Assembly (NCBI GenBank): GCA_964016885.1
Contig: OZ024750.1
Location: 36,828,001 to 36,892,000, forward strand
Direction of reading: 5' to 3'
Length of the DNA stretch: 64,000 nucleotides
Source: Eledone cirrhosa
Taxonomy: Eukaryota
The notes below the pieces were generated by a model that did no database searches, was not told the DNA's origin, and worked only from the letters and a program-made list of their open reading frames with translations. This document shows, in pieces, positions 51,799-64,000 of this stretch. Position 1 is the stretch's first letter. Every line of letters starts with the position of its first letter. Both the position numbers and the translations under genes were made by a program.

Positions 51799-52629
51799 AG
51801 TTAAAGGTCTATAGATTTTCCCTGGATTTTACTAAATTCTGTGGATGAATTTATATCCTGATTCTCTTTTGAGATGAGTTTGAGTTATTTTTCCTAAATC
51901 TTTCGTTAACTACTTTTCCCATCTTGACGTTATAGTCGCATATATGTTATAGAATGCCGTTAGCTTCTTGCTAAAACAATCTCTATACCTCTCATTTATA
52001 TTTATACTCGGATTCTTTTCCTAGAGTGCTTAAACTATCTGTGACTAATCCCGGTTTTTTTCATAAAAACTGTGATAATATTGCTATTTTGCTGAACTCC
52101 TTTGTAGAGTTTTTTTCAGAATGTATTTGACTGCTATTTCTTGTAAATAAACATTCACTTCCATCCTGACGTCACTAGCCCCGTTTTTTCCTCATGTGCT
52201 TTTTCATAAATACACATGAAGGCGAACTAGCCAGTTTTAGAATTCCCTTTTTCGGATTATATTACTGTGAGAGCCCTGGTTTTCTGTTGAGCTCTGCTGA
52301 TGATTGAAATTCCAACCGTGACCATCTCCACTGAAAGTTTTCATGAAATAGTCTTTTAAGACTATACAGAGCATTTGATGTTATTCCAAATTGAAGGATA
52401 AGTGTTTCAAACTTTATTTTATCATGAGTTAAAGGTCTATAGATTTTCCCTGGATTTTACTAAATTCTGTGGATGAATTTATATCCTGATTCTCTTTTGA
52501 GATGAGTTTGAGTTATTTTTCCTAAATCTTTCGTTAACTACTTTTCCCATCTTGACGTTATAGTCGCATATATGTTATAGAATGCCGTTAGCTTCTTGCT
52601 AAAACAATCTCTATACCTCTCATTTATAT
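51799..52629 (+). mobile_element. Terminally redundant HHR element (628-bp unit + 203-bp repeat) in (TA)n
   Basis: 51799-52001 appears identical to 52427-52629; (TA)n on both sides; no ORF of 60 aa or more. Confidence 0.85.
52291..52372 (+). ncRNA. Type I hammerhead ribozyme, intact core
   Basis: GCTCTG-CTGATGA-t-TGAAA...TTTCA-t-GAAA-TAGTCT ttta AGACTA-TA-CAGAGC; all three stems pair; predicted cleavage after A52366 (AUA). Confidence 0.9.
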
Positions 52630-52799
52630 ATATATATATATATATTTGGACTTACATTTATATTTATATATATATAACTTTAGAATTTAGGCTTTTTTTA
52701 AAAATAAATTTAGCTTGCTGCATCACAACTGCCGTATATTTTCTAAACTTTATATTGCTTTTAATCAACTAAATGATGTCAAGATAGACAAAAAGTATA

Positions 52800-54780
52800 C
52801 CTTGCAAAGAGGGAAGCAGAGGATAGTAAGTTCAAGCATATTCTACAATGGGAAGACGAAAGACATGAGATATTCAGGATTGCAAGGCAATGTGTCAAGG
52901 AGAATTGTGATATTGTCGGGGAGACGTGTGTCCATAGCTGAAACTGATAAGAAGGTAGCTTGGAAGAGTCATTAAGAGAGACTACTGAATGTGGAGAATG
53001 AATGGAATAAAGATAGTCTGTCCCACATCGATCTAATAGATGGACCAGCGGTGCAAGTTAAAGGTAGTGTAGTAAGTAAGGCAATAACAAATATGAAGAC
53101 AGGCAAGGTAGCTGGGCCTTCGGGGATAGTTGCTGAAATGTTGAAGGTATCAGGAATGGCGGGACATACTATGGTCACCCGGATAGTAAACCAAGTAATA
53201 CAGAATGGGGTCATACCAAATGACTGGCGTAGCAGCATCATCATCACCTGTTACAAGAGCAAAGAAGACGCCCTGGATAGAGGAAACTATAGAGGCATTA
53301 AATTAGTTGACCAAGTCATGAAAGTCACAGAAAAAGGTATTACACAATTGATTGGAGACCAAATTGATCTAGATGAAAAGCAGTTTGGGTTTGTGCCAGG
53401 TAAAAATACCACAGATGCTCTTTTCCTTGTACGGCAATTACAGGAGAAGTACCTAGCTAAAAGCAAATCCCTCTACTTAGCTTTTGTTGACCTGGTGAAG
53501 GCCTTTGACAGAGTCCCACACACCTTAATCTAGTGAGCTCTTAGAAAGAAGTGGAAGAATGGCTTGTGAGAATTATACAAGCCATGTATAGAGGAACAGT
53601 CAGCAAGGTTAGAATTAACAATGAATATAGTGATGAATTTAGCGTAATGGTAGGGGTTCACCAAAGCTCCGTCCTTAGGTGCCTCCTGTTTATTATTGTC
53701 CTACAGGCTGTGGATTGGCAGTATCGGTAAGGGTCGGACGCCATGCTTTGAAGCATAGAGTTACCTCCCTTTATGATCTGAGTTCAAATCCCGCCGAGGT
53801 TAACTTTGCCTTTCATCCTTACGGGGTCGATAAAATAAAGTACCAGTAATGCACTGGAATAATTGCTGGCCTTGTGCCAAAAGTAGAAACAATTATTGTC
53901 CTACAGGCTATAACAGAAGGGTTTCAGACTGGCTGCCCATGGAAACTTCTATATGCAGATGATCTAACTCTCATAGCTGAATCCATAGCTGAACTAAAGA
54001 GGAAGTTCCAAACATGGAAGCATGGCTTGAATCAAAAGGCCTTAGAGTCAACTTGTCTAAGACTAAGGGTCTAGTATGTAGAAAGGAGAATAGGGCACAG
54101 GTACCCCCTGGGAAATGGCCATGCTCAGTGTGTAAGAAAAGGTGTAGGTAGAAACTCCATTCTATTTTCCAAATGCAAACTATGGTTACATAAAAATGTA
54201 ATGGGATCAGAGTTGAGTTATCTAAGAATGTAGAATTTATATGTGGCTGATGCTCAGGTGCAGTAAGTAGCAAGGACCCACTGGATGATATCTCCTTCAA
54301 CTGCCCAGATGGTTCTATAGAAATAGTAGACACTTTCTGTTGCCTGGGTGACAAAATCAGCAGTGGAGGAGGGTGCACTGAAAGTGTAGTAGCCAGAGTT
54401 AGAGCGGGATGGAAAAAGTTCAGAGAGCTCATACCGCTGTTGGCCACAAAAGGTTTTTCTCTAAAATTGAAAGGCAGATTGTATGATGCATGTATACAAA
54501 CGGCGATATTACATGGTAGGGAGACCTGGGCGTTGTGTGCTGAAGACCTGCATAGATTAGAAATAAATGAAGCTTGCATGCTCCTATGGATGTGTAATAG
54601 TAATGTGCATGGGATGTGTAATAGTAATGTGCACGAAAGGCGAAGCATAAATGAATTGAGAGAGAGACTAAGCATAAGAGGTATCAAATGTTATGTTCTG
54701 GAACAAAACCATTTAATCCGTGCTAACGTGGAAGATGGACGTTAAACGATGATGATAATGATGATGATAATGATGATGAA
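52800..54780 (+). mobile_element. Older decayed RTE LINE (same group as 11518-13324)
   Basis: MKTGK.AGPSGIVAEML, NYRGIKL, QFGF, KAFDRV, LLYADD with stops and frameshifts; (GAT)n tail. Confidence 0.9.
53710..53891 (+). mobile_element. Meta-domain-like SINE inserted into RTE, 18-bp TSD
   Basis: ATTATTGTCCTACAGGCT at 53692-53709 and 53892-53909. Confidence 0.92.
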
Positions 54781-55659
54781 CTTTGGCGTATAGAAGGGAA
54801 TCCAGCTGTAGAAACCAATCCAAATTCGGTTCTGTTTGAGCAAGGCATGGTTATCTGACCTTGAGTTGCCTCAAATAGGACTACTCATCTAACCTATGCT
54901 AGTGTGGAAAATGGATGGTGGTGATGATGATATATATTTATCTATTGTGGGAACCAATTCATAGGAGATACAATAAATGAAAATCTGCTCGAGCCTTCAT
55001 CGATCAACCTCAGTAGGGATCAGCAATGAAAAATTATGAATTGTGGAGGGACTTTGTCAAGAATATTCAATGTGGTTGCAATGATGATGATGATGATCTA
55101 AACTGCTATTCATAGCGTAGGAACTAACAAAACATTTATCGGTCATATAATTTTGTTACAGCTTCTTGTGAAATGGTTCTATTGATTGACATTTACATTA
55201 ATATATATGTTAAAAGAAAAAAAAAAAGCAAATTTAAATATATTTGTTATAGAAGATAACAAAGCTTGAATTGCGTAGCAACTTTAGTAATTATATGAGA
55301 TAAATGGGATGAAGAAACTGTTTGAGGTAACTGGGTGACCAGATATGGAAAAAAAACAAGTTAATATATAAATGTTATCAGATCTAGAATAAATCCTACA
55401 TAGAAAATAGGTCAATAAGTTTTTTAGAAATATACATAATAACAAAACAGAAAAAATATATTCACTGTTGAGAATGGGCTGAAAATAGTTTCAACATCTG
55501 TTTTGCAATACTATAAGATTGCTTCACTTTATGAATCAGTCTGTCTATTTCTGCAGATAACACAACTTGCATTACACTTAGTTTATTCATTCTTAGCTAT
55601 CTTTATTTAAATTCATATTATTATCCCTCTGGAGCCTTGACATTAAATGTCCAGCCCTC

Positions 55660-57170
55660 ACTATGAAATGGTCATGTAGGTGTCATGACAAAAAGCACCC
55701 AGTCCACACTGTAAAGTGGTCATGTAGGTGTCATGACAAAAAGCACCCAGCCCACACTGTAAAGTGGTCATGTAGGTGTCATGACAAAAGCACCCAGTCC
55801 ACACTGTAAAGTGGTCATGTAGGTGTCATGACAAAAATCACCCAGCCCACACTGTAAAGTGGTCATGTAGGTGCCATGACAAAAAGCACCCAGCCCACAC
55901 TGTAAAGTGGTCATGTAGGTGTCATGACAAAAGCACCCAGCCCACACTGTAAAGTGGTCATGTAGGTGTCACAACAAAAGCACCCAGTCCACACTGTAAA
56001 GTGGTCATGTAGGTGTCATGACAAAAGCACCCAGCCCACACTGTAAAGTGGTCATGTAGGTGTCACGACAAAAGCACCCAGCCCTCACTGTAAAGTGGTC
56101 ATGTAGGTGTCACAACAAAAGCACCCAGCCCTCACTGTAAAGTGGTCATGTAGGTGTCATGACAAAAGGACCCAGCCCTCAATGTAAAGTGGTCATGTAG
56201 GTGTCATGACAAAAGCACCCAGCCCTCACTGTAAAGTGGTCATGTAGGTGTCATGACAAAAGCACTCAGTCCACACTGTAAAGTGGTCATGTAGGTGTCA
56301 CAACAAAAGCACCCAGCCAACACTGTAAAGTGGTCATATAGGTGTCATGACAAAAGCACCCAGCCCACACTGTAAAGTGATCATGTAGGTGTCACAACAA
56401 AAACACCCAGCCCAGCCCACACTGTAAAGTGGTCATGTAGGTGTCACAACAAAAGCACCCAGCCCACACTGTAAAGTGGTCATGTAGGTGTCACCACAAA
56501 AGCACCCAGCCCACACTGTAAAGTGGTCATGTAGGTGTCACAACAAAAGCACCCAGCCCACACTGTAAAGTGGTCATGTAGGTGTCATGACAAAAGGACC
56601 CAGCCCTCAATGTAAAGTGGTCATGTAGGTGTCATGACAAAAGCACCCAGCCTGCACTTAAAGTGGTCATGTAGGTGTCATGACAAAAGCACCCAGCCCA
56701 CACTGTAAAGTGGTCATGTAGGTGTCACCACAAAAGCACCCAGCCCACACTGTAAAGTGGTCATGTAGGTGTCACAACAAAAGCACCCAGCCCACACTGT
56801 AAAGTGGTCATGTAGGTGTCATGACAAAAGGACCCAGCCCTCAATGTAAAGTGGTCATGTAGGTGTCATGACAAAAGCACCCAGCCCACACTGTAAAGTG
56901 GTCATGTAGGTGTCATGACAAAAGCACCCAGCCCACACTGTAAAGTGGTCATGTTGGTGTCATGACAACAAACACCCAGCCCACACTGTAAATATGGTTG
57001 GCGTTAGGAAGAACATGCAGCTGTAGGAAACTAGTCAAAATCAGTTCCATGTATGCAAATCAAGCTCCTCTTATCTCTCACATGTATGCAAATCAAGGTC
57101 TCTTATCTCTCACTAAGGGACTGCCCATCCTACCCATACTAGTGTGGAGAATGTACGTTAAACAATGATG
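55660..57170 (+). repeat. 47/48-bp minisatellite (about 28 copies) ending in SINE/RTE tail
   Basis: Unit GTCATGTAGGTGTCATGACAAAAGCACCCAGCCCACACTGTAAAGTG; tail GTTGGCGTTAGGAAG...ACGTTAAACAATGATG. Confidence 0.95.
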
Positions 57171-57679
57171 GTTATTGCTTCATTTTAGTGATTTCTGTTA
57201 GCACCTCTTATTAATTAATCATCTTCAGGCTGTCTCTATGCATTAACTAATATGATACCATACAAATGTTATCTAATCTTCCATGTTTTATTCTCTTTAC
57301 ATATCCATGTTCTCCAAGCCTTCTTGTATATTCTGAGAGACATAACATCACAGAAGCCTTACAATATTCCTAAGTACTTTATATCCTATTCAGTCTCTAG
57401 TTTTAACATTTTATGAGCCCACACTCTTATCACCTTGCCATAAACAATAGAAGTGAGAGAAATATATAACTCAAATTTGACATTTTTGTATCATGTATAA
57501 ACTTCATTAGAGTAATTTAAAATATATGGCAGATGATGGATAGTTTACAGTTTACAGTTTCAAGCTTCAAACTAATTAATGTATGTTGTGCAGTGTTGGG
57601 TATTTATTCTACATGACAACAATCATATTGGTTTGACACATAGGATGAATCAGCGGAAAGGCACACGAATATTTAATCA

Positions 57680-59620
57680 GCTACTAATTAGAACAGTACA
57701 GATACAAATGAGATAGTTAATCATGTACTAATGAAGGTAGACTAGATACTAATTATGATAGTCCAAATAATAATTAGAGCAGTCCAGCAACTAATTAGAA
57801 TAGTTCAGACACTAATTAGGATAGTGCAGCTACTAATTAGAACAGTTTAGATAATTAGGACAGTCTAGTTACTAATTAGGACAGTCCATATACTAATTAG
57901 GACAATCCATATACTAATTAGGACAATCCATATACTAATTAGGATGATCCATATACTAATTAGGACAGTCCATATACTAATTAGGACAGTCCATACACTA
58001 ATTAGGATGATCCATATACTAATTAGGATGATCCATATACTAATTAGGATGATCCATATACTAATTAGGACAGTCCATATACTAATTAGGACAGTCCATA
58101 ATCTAATTAGGACAATCCATATACTAATTAGGATGATCCATATACTAATTAGGACAGTCCATATACTAATTAGGACAATCCATATGCTAATTAGGACAAT
58201 CCATATACTAATTAGGATGATCCATATACTAATTAGGACAGTCCATATACTAATTAGGACAGTCCATATACTAATTAGGATGATCCATATACTAATTAGG
58301 TCAGTCCATATACTAATTAGGACAGTCCATATACTAATTAGGATGATCCATATACTAATTAGGACAGTCCATATGCTAATTAGGACAGTCCATATACTAA
58401 TTAGGACAGTCCATATGCTAATTAGGACAGTCCATATACTAATTAGGACAGTCCATATACTAATTAGGATGATCCATATACTAATTAGGACAGTCCATAT
58501 ACTAATTAGGACAGTCCATATACTAATTAGGATGATCCATATACTAATTAGGACAGTCCATATGCTAATTAGGACAGTCCATATACTAATTAGGACAGTC
58601 CATATGCTAATTAGGACAGTCCATATACTAATTAGGACAGTCCATATGCTAATTAGGACAGTCCATATACTAATTAGGACAGTCCATATACTAATTAGGA
58701 TGATCCATATACTAATTAGGACAGTCCATATGCTAATTAGGACAGTCCATATACTAATTAGGATGATCCATATACTAATTAGGACAGTCCATATACTAAT
58801 TAGAACAGTCCAGACACTGATTAGAACAGTCTAAATACTAATTAGGACAGTCTAGATACTAATTATGTGGAGGCATGTGGCCTAGTGGTAAGGTTGTTGG
58901 ACTTACGATCATAATATTGTGGGTTCGATTCCTGGGCTGCGTGTTGTGTTCTTGAGCAAAACACCTCATTTCACGTTGCTCCAGTATACTCAGCTGAAAA
59001 TACTGGCAATAGCTGGGGGTTTAACCCTGCGATGGGGGAGTCTTGTACTCTCAGTCGCTTCACACCATAAAACCAGGATAAGCACCAGCCAAATGAGTCT
59101 TCTGGCTTAAGACAGAGTTTAGACTTTAGATACTAATTAGGGCAGTCTAGATACTAATTAGGACAGTCCATATACTAATTAGGATAGTCCATATACTAAT
59201 TAGGATAGTCCATATACTAATTAGGATAGTCCTTTACTAATTAGAACAGTACAGATACTAATTATGACAGTCTAGATACTATTAGAACAGTCCAGACACT
59301 AATTAGGACAGGCTAGATACTAATTAGAACAGTCCATGTACTAATTAGGACAGTCCAGATACTAATTAGGGCAGTGTAGACACTAATTAGAACAGTCTAG
59401 ACACTAATTAGGGCAGTCCAGATACTAATTAGAACAGTCCTGACACTAATTAGGGCAGTCTAGACACTAATTAGGGCAGTCCAGATACTAATTAGAAAGC
59501 CCAGACACTAATTAGGGCAGTCCAGATACTAATTAGAACAGTCCAGATACTAATTAGAACAGTCCAGACACTAATTAGGGCAGTGTAGACACAAATTAGA
59601 ACTGTCCAGACACTAATTTC
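57680..59620. repeat. 21-bp minisatellite (ACTAATTAGGACAGTCCATAT) interrupted by a tRNA SINE at about 58866-59127
   Basis: Direct reading; SINE has TGGCCTAGTGG and GGTTCGATTCC boxes. Confidence 0.95.
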
Positions 59621-60224
59621 TGAAGGGATCAGAAAAAAAACTAGAGTAAAATGTAGTACTCAATACATTAATAGAGAAGTTGCATATTTATACTATATAT
59701 ATATTGGGTGGGGAGCTCATCTCATACACACACACACACACACACATCATATATATACATATATCATCTTTGTGTAACATCTACTATCTCTTCTAGCAAG
59801 GGCTTGATGCGTTTTCATAGACCTGGTCGGTACTGAAATGGGTTTACTGACCTCACAGACAGGTAGGAGTTTGCATCTCGCTTATGTACAGTATGACCTC
59901 TACCAAGTGCATGCATAAGAGGGGTTGTCATATCCTTAACACAACTGAGGGTCTTCCCTACCCTTTCTTTGGCTAGATGCTCTTCCTATCACCAACAGCA
60001 TGTACTGGGTTCAATTATCATGTAGATCATCAACACTAGGGAGCTTGTCATGTCCTTAATACAACTGAAGGATCCCACCCCCCCCACCCCCCACAACCCT
60101 TTGTTTAACAAGCTTTCTATGGCTGGATGATGATGGTGGCATTGGCGGAAGCGATGATGATGATGATGATGACACAAGATGCACTTCTCAATTTTTCTCT
60201 GACAAATTTCATTGATGATGTATA

Positions 60225-60956
60225 AGTCATTTGAACCACCTGCATCTCCTCGGTGACATTGCCCCTGCAGATGTGAGACGGGAAGCTGTAGAGATCACAC
60301 AGGCTATCAGTGATGAATGCCACCTCCTTCACGGATGTGAACATCCGGGGCTCAACGACTGAAGTCAAGGAGAAGCTTCCTCAGCCATGTCCAGCCCCTA
60401 ACAACATCTCAGGAAGAAACCAGACTACAGCTATGGATTAGAATGCTAGAGAATGACTCCTCTCCTATTGACATGGGAATTTCCCCCCCCCCCCTTCTGA
60501 AGCCCTCCTTCCTGGTTCAGAACCACCATGGGGTCCAGTGGAAGACACTCAACCGCCTTGAGAACAGGAATGGGGAGATCAAAAGCTGCTATGGCCAGAT
60601 GGGGTTACAAGACCGGGGCCCAACCATCTGCGAATGCGGAGAGGAGGACCATACTATGAAGCACTGCCTTGTTTGCCCTCTACTACCCAACCAGTATTAA
60701 TTGTTTCTACTTTTGGCACAAGGCCAGCAATTACCCAGTACATTACTGGTACTTTATTTTATCGACCCTGTAAGGATGAAAGGCAAAGTTAACCTCGGCG
60801 GGATTTGGACTCAGTTTGTAAAGGGACGTAACTATGCTGCAAAGCATGGCGTCCGACCCTCTACTGATACTGCCAATCCACCAATGCAAAGGACTGTGTA
60901 AAGAAATGGGAAACTGTCATATGACCACATGCTTCGAAGATACGAAAAGAAGAAGT
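60225..60956 (+). mobile_element. Vingi/Ingi-like LINE 3' end with SINE insertion at 60698-60882
   Basis: IAPADVRR, RLKSRRSF, WKTLNRL, CECGEEDHTMKHCLVCPL; ATACGAAAAGAAGAAG tail. Confidence 0.75.
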
Positions 60957-61117
60957 CATTTGAAGGGTATAGTAGACTAAATTTGCTCAAGGAGTCGCAC
61001 AGTTAGATGAAATGTAGAAAGATGGTTGTGAAGCAAACTTTATAAACCACACAGCCACAGTTAGATTAACCCAAGTATCAAACTGAAAGTTGTTATACAT
61101 TTCACACAGCATTTTAA

Positions 61118-61305
61118 CCCTTTAGCATATAAACCAGCCGTATCCGGCTAGAATTCTCTCACCTTTTTCTGTTCAAACCAGCCGTAACTGACCACTCATA
61201 CTGATGTTAAGGTACTCAGTATCTCGTAGCTTTGATATTATGTGGGGTAAAGCTTTTACTGTGAAAATACAATAGTAAATATAGAGTAATGTAAATACTA
61301 AAGGT
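61118..61305. mobile_element. piggyBac-type MITE
   Basis: TTAA|CCCTTTAGCAT...ATACTAAAGGT|TTAA. Confidence 0.85.
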
Positions 61306-62389
61306 TTAAGTTATAATAACATAAGTAAACATCCAGGATTAGGATGTGAGCTAAAATAGTTTCTCAGTTGTCAATTTTAACCACAATATTTGTTCATTGT
61401 AGCCTGCTATATTGAGAATAAAGATATGAAATCATTGATTATAATTATATTTTCATTTATTATAATTATATTTTCAAAACAATACCAATTTATTATCACT
61501 AGTTATTATTTCTCTAAAGCTCTAAATTAAATATTGAAAATGAGAGGAATGAAACTAGAGACGTATATAATTGCATGGATGTATTTGAAAATCTTCAAGT
61601 GGTATCAGATTTCTAAGATTTCATGCAAGTAATATTTAATAACGAAGAATGAAAACTAAGTGCCAACAACATTGATAAATTAACGAAGTTTGAAAAATAT
61701 TATATGAAAGAAATAGAATTCCAAAATTGGAAAGTAATTACCAGTTTTTATTCAATTAATTTAGTTTTGACATTTATTACAGAAAAAAATATATATATAT
61801 ATTCATATTTTATTCATAAGTATTTTAATTTGATGAATATTTTTTTTTAATCTTTTATTTTCTTATTGTAAAGAACTGACTTCTTGATACACAATGAGCA
61901 AACATTTTTTGGAAATTTTTCATTGCAAGATTGCTATCCTTAATCTTTGTATTTTGATCTGAAAGATTCAATATTGACAGATAGGAAAGTAATTAATATA
62001 ATAGCTTGATTATTAATAATTATGTACAAGAGAAGAATTTATATTTGCTCATAAATACTGAAAAAAAAATTGTAATTGGTAAACATTAGAGATTTCTTTG
62101 TAAAATGAACTCATTTTCTTCTTGTGAATAGCCATCACTTGAGATTAATAGAGATAAAGTATGTATTATATGGAATAAATGGTTTCTGATTACCATAGTC
62201 TATGTACAAGCTCAGTGGAATGTTGTTGTACTCTTTAGCCCAAGGCCAACCAAGTTTGGGCATACATATGATCAAAGCTATTCAAGCCATTACCGTCCAG
62301 TCTTTTCAGTCGTAGTTCACCTTAGATTACATTATACAATGTTTTTCCATTAAAAAAAAAGACACAAAAATGTAGTGAATATGATTTAA

Positions 62390-62610
62390 CCCTTTAGCAT
62401 TTACACTACTCTATATATACTATTGTATTTTCACGGCAAAGGCTTTACCTCACATAGTTATCTCACATAATATTGAATCTATGAGATTTTGATAGTACTT
62501 ATTTTAAGAACAATACCTTAACATCAGTATGAGTGGTTGGTTACAGCTGGTTTGAACAGAAAGAAGGGAGAGAATTCTGGTCGGATATGGCCAGTTTAAA
62601 TGCTAAAGGG
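62390..62610. mobile_element. piggyBac-type MITE, opposite orientation to 61118-61305
   Basis: TTAA|CCCTTTAGCATTTA...TAAATGCTAAAGGG|TTAA. Confidence 0.9.
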
Positions 62611-62747
62611 TTAAAAGAGATTTGGCTGCTATTTCTTTTAAATCAAGTACAAACTTCCATTTTTGTCGGGTTTACTAAATTAAATTTATTCATGTTAGAT
62701 GGTGGTGGGGGATGTTAGTAAGGAATAAAAACAAGTATATATATAGA

Positions 62748-62962
62748 CATCATCATCATAATCATCACAATCATCATCATAACCATTGTCGTCGTCATCA
62801 TCACAATCATTGTTGTCATCATAATCATCAACATCATCATCATCATCATTGTCATCATCATCATCAATGTCATCAACATCATCATCGTCGTCATCATCAT
62901 CATCAACGTCATCAACATCATCATCATTGTCATCATCATCATCATCATCATCTCCGTCATCA
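62748..62962. repeat. (CAT)n imperfect microsatellite
   Basis: Direct reading. Confidence 0.95.
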
Positions 62963-63149
62963 TTTTTAATCCGTTTTCCATATGCTGACATGGCTTTGAC
63001 TGTTATTTCTTATAAGTCAAGTAGCTACATAGAGATTCCTTGTTAGGATTTAAGATGAGTGGAAAGGTTATCACAAGTGTGTTGGGATTTAAGAGGGGTG
63101 GGGAAGGGAGGTATGATAGGATTTAAGAGAGAAGGGTATGATGGTATGA

Positions 63150-63586
63150 CTGGTATCTCTCTATCTCTAACGCGGGTAAAATTCCGGATATCCATGGACA
63201 AGTTCTCTCCAGCGGTCTCTGACCCTCATTATCGCTGCCATGTCCTGCGTCTCCAACAGACCAGTGTCTGTCCTTAGGGCATCAACATACGTTAACCTCA
63301 GTCTCCCTCTTCCAGTGTGTCCATGTAGGGGCTCCCACAGGAGCACTTAGTGCAGTGTCAACTCTGGATGTCAGTGAGCATGTCCAGCTAACCTCAGTCT
63401 CCTCTGCGTTACTTTCAAGCTGTATATATATATACACACACACACACCTACATATCCTCGGTCTCCCGCTTCCAGTGTGTCCATGTAGGGGCTCCCACAG
63501 GAGCACTGAGTGCAGTGTCAACTCTGGATGTCAGTGAGCATGTCCAGCTAACCTCAGTCTCCTCTGCGTTACTTTCAAGCAAGCTG

Positions 63587-63619
<33 letters not shown>

Positions 63620-63860
63620 CTACATATCCTCGGTCTCCCTCTTCCAGTGTGTCCATGCAGGGGCTCCCACAGAAGCACTGAGTACAGTGTCAACTCTGGA
63701 TGTCAGTGAGCATGCCCAGCTAACCTCAGTCTCCTCTGTGTCACTTTTGAGCTGACTTTTGGGAGGCTCCCGTACAGCTCTGAGTTCTTCATCCTCAGTG
63801 TATACTGATTAATGTTCAGAGCCATCCTCAGCATTCTCGTGTAGCACCCATCCACCATCT
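63150..63860 (-). mobile_element. RTE-like 3' end with internal segment triplicated
   Basis: Homologous to 35110-35470; the LLWEPLHGHTG segment occurs three times, separated by (TA)n(CA)n. Confidence 0.85.
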
Positions 63861-64000
63861 GAGTGAGTTTCTTGGTATGTTAGGATTTAAGAGGGGAGAT
63901 TGGTAAAGAGTTATAACTTGATCCTGGGTAGAGTGGGCTGGGGGTTTACAGTGATAATAAGGAGGGGCATGAATGGGTTGGTTTGTATCTTTTATAAGCA

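Larger units (their letters stand above)
50161..52778. mobile_element. MITE-like element (about 95-bp inverted termini) with nested insertions
   Basis: 50161-50255 is an inverted copy of 52682-52778 (ATTAAAAGCAATATAAAGTTTA...GTTGTGATGCAGC.AGCTAAATTT). Confidence 0.7.

Noticed and set aside
57944-58834. 296-aa heptad-repeat ORF
   Set aside because: A 21-bp minisatellite that lacks stops in one frame
61118-62610. Single 1.5-kb composite transposon bounded by long inverted repeats
   Set aside because: Each arm is a complete MITE with its own TTAA duplication and TIRs; two independent insertions is the simpler explanation
62695-62991. Poly-Asp/His/Met ORFs
   Set aside because: (CAT)n microsatellite

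Overview
AT-rich eukaryotic intronic/intergenic DNA. By its repeat content it looks like a cephalopod (octopus-like) genome; this is an inference. Almost every long ORF in the track is an artefact of micro/minisatellites. Real coding signal comes from retroelement remnants: an RTE LINE with an open 3' ORF at 11518-12924 and older RTE copies, CRE-clade, Tx1/L1-like and Vingi-like 3' ends, and a mariner transposase N-terminus. The window also holds many tRNA-derived SINEs (several with TSDs), a non-autonomous Helitron, two piggyBac-type MITEs, a 5S rRNA copy fused to an RTE-type tail, and one candidate host exon. The main unexpected signal, found by manual reading, is a set of short non-coding inserts, mostly sitting in (TA)n tracts, that each carry a type I hammerhead ribozyme (HHR) fold: six full-length folds (one intact, five with point defects) plus one half motif. 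Two of these inserts are terminally redundant with the HHR outside the repeat (628-bp unit + 203-bp repeat; 428-bp unit + 30-bp repeat), as expected from reverse transcription of circular retrozyme-like or Penelope-dependent RNAs. Coordinates were read by eye and may be off by a few bases.
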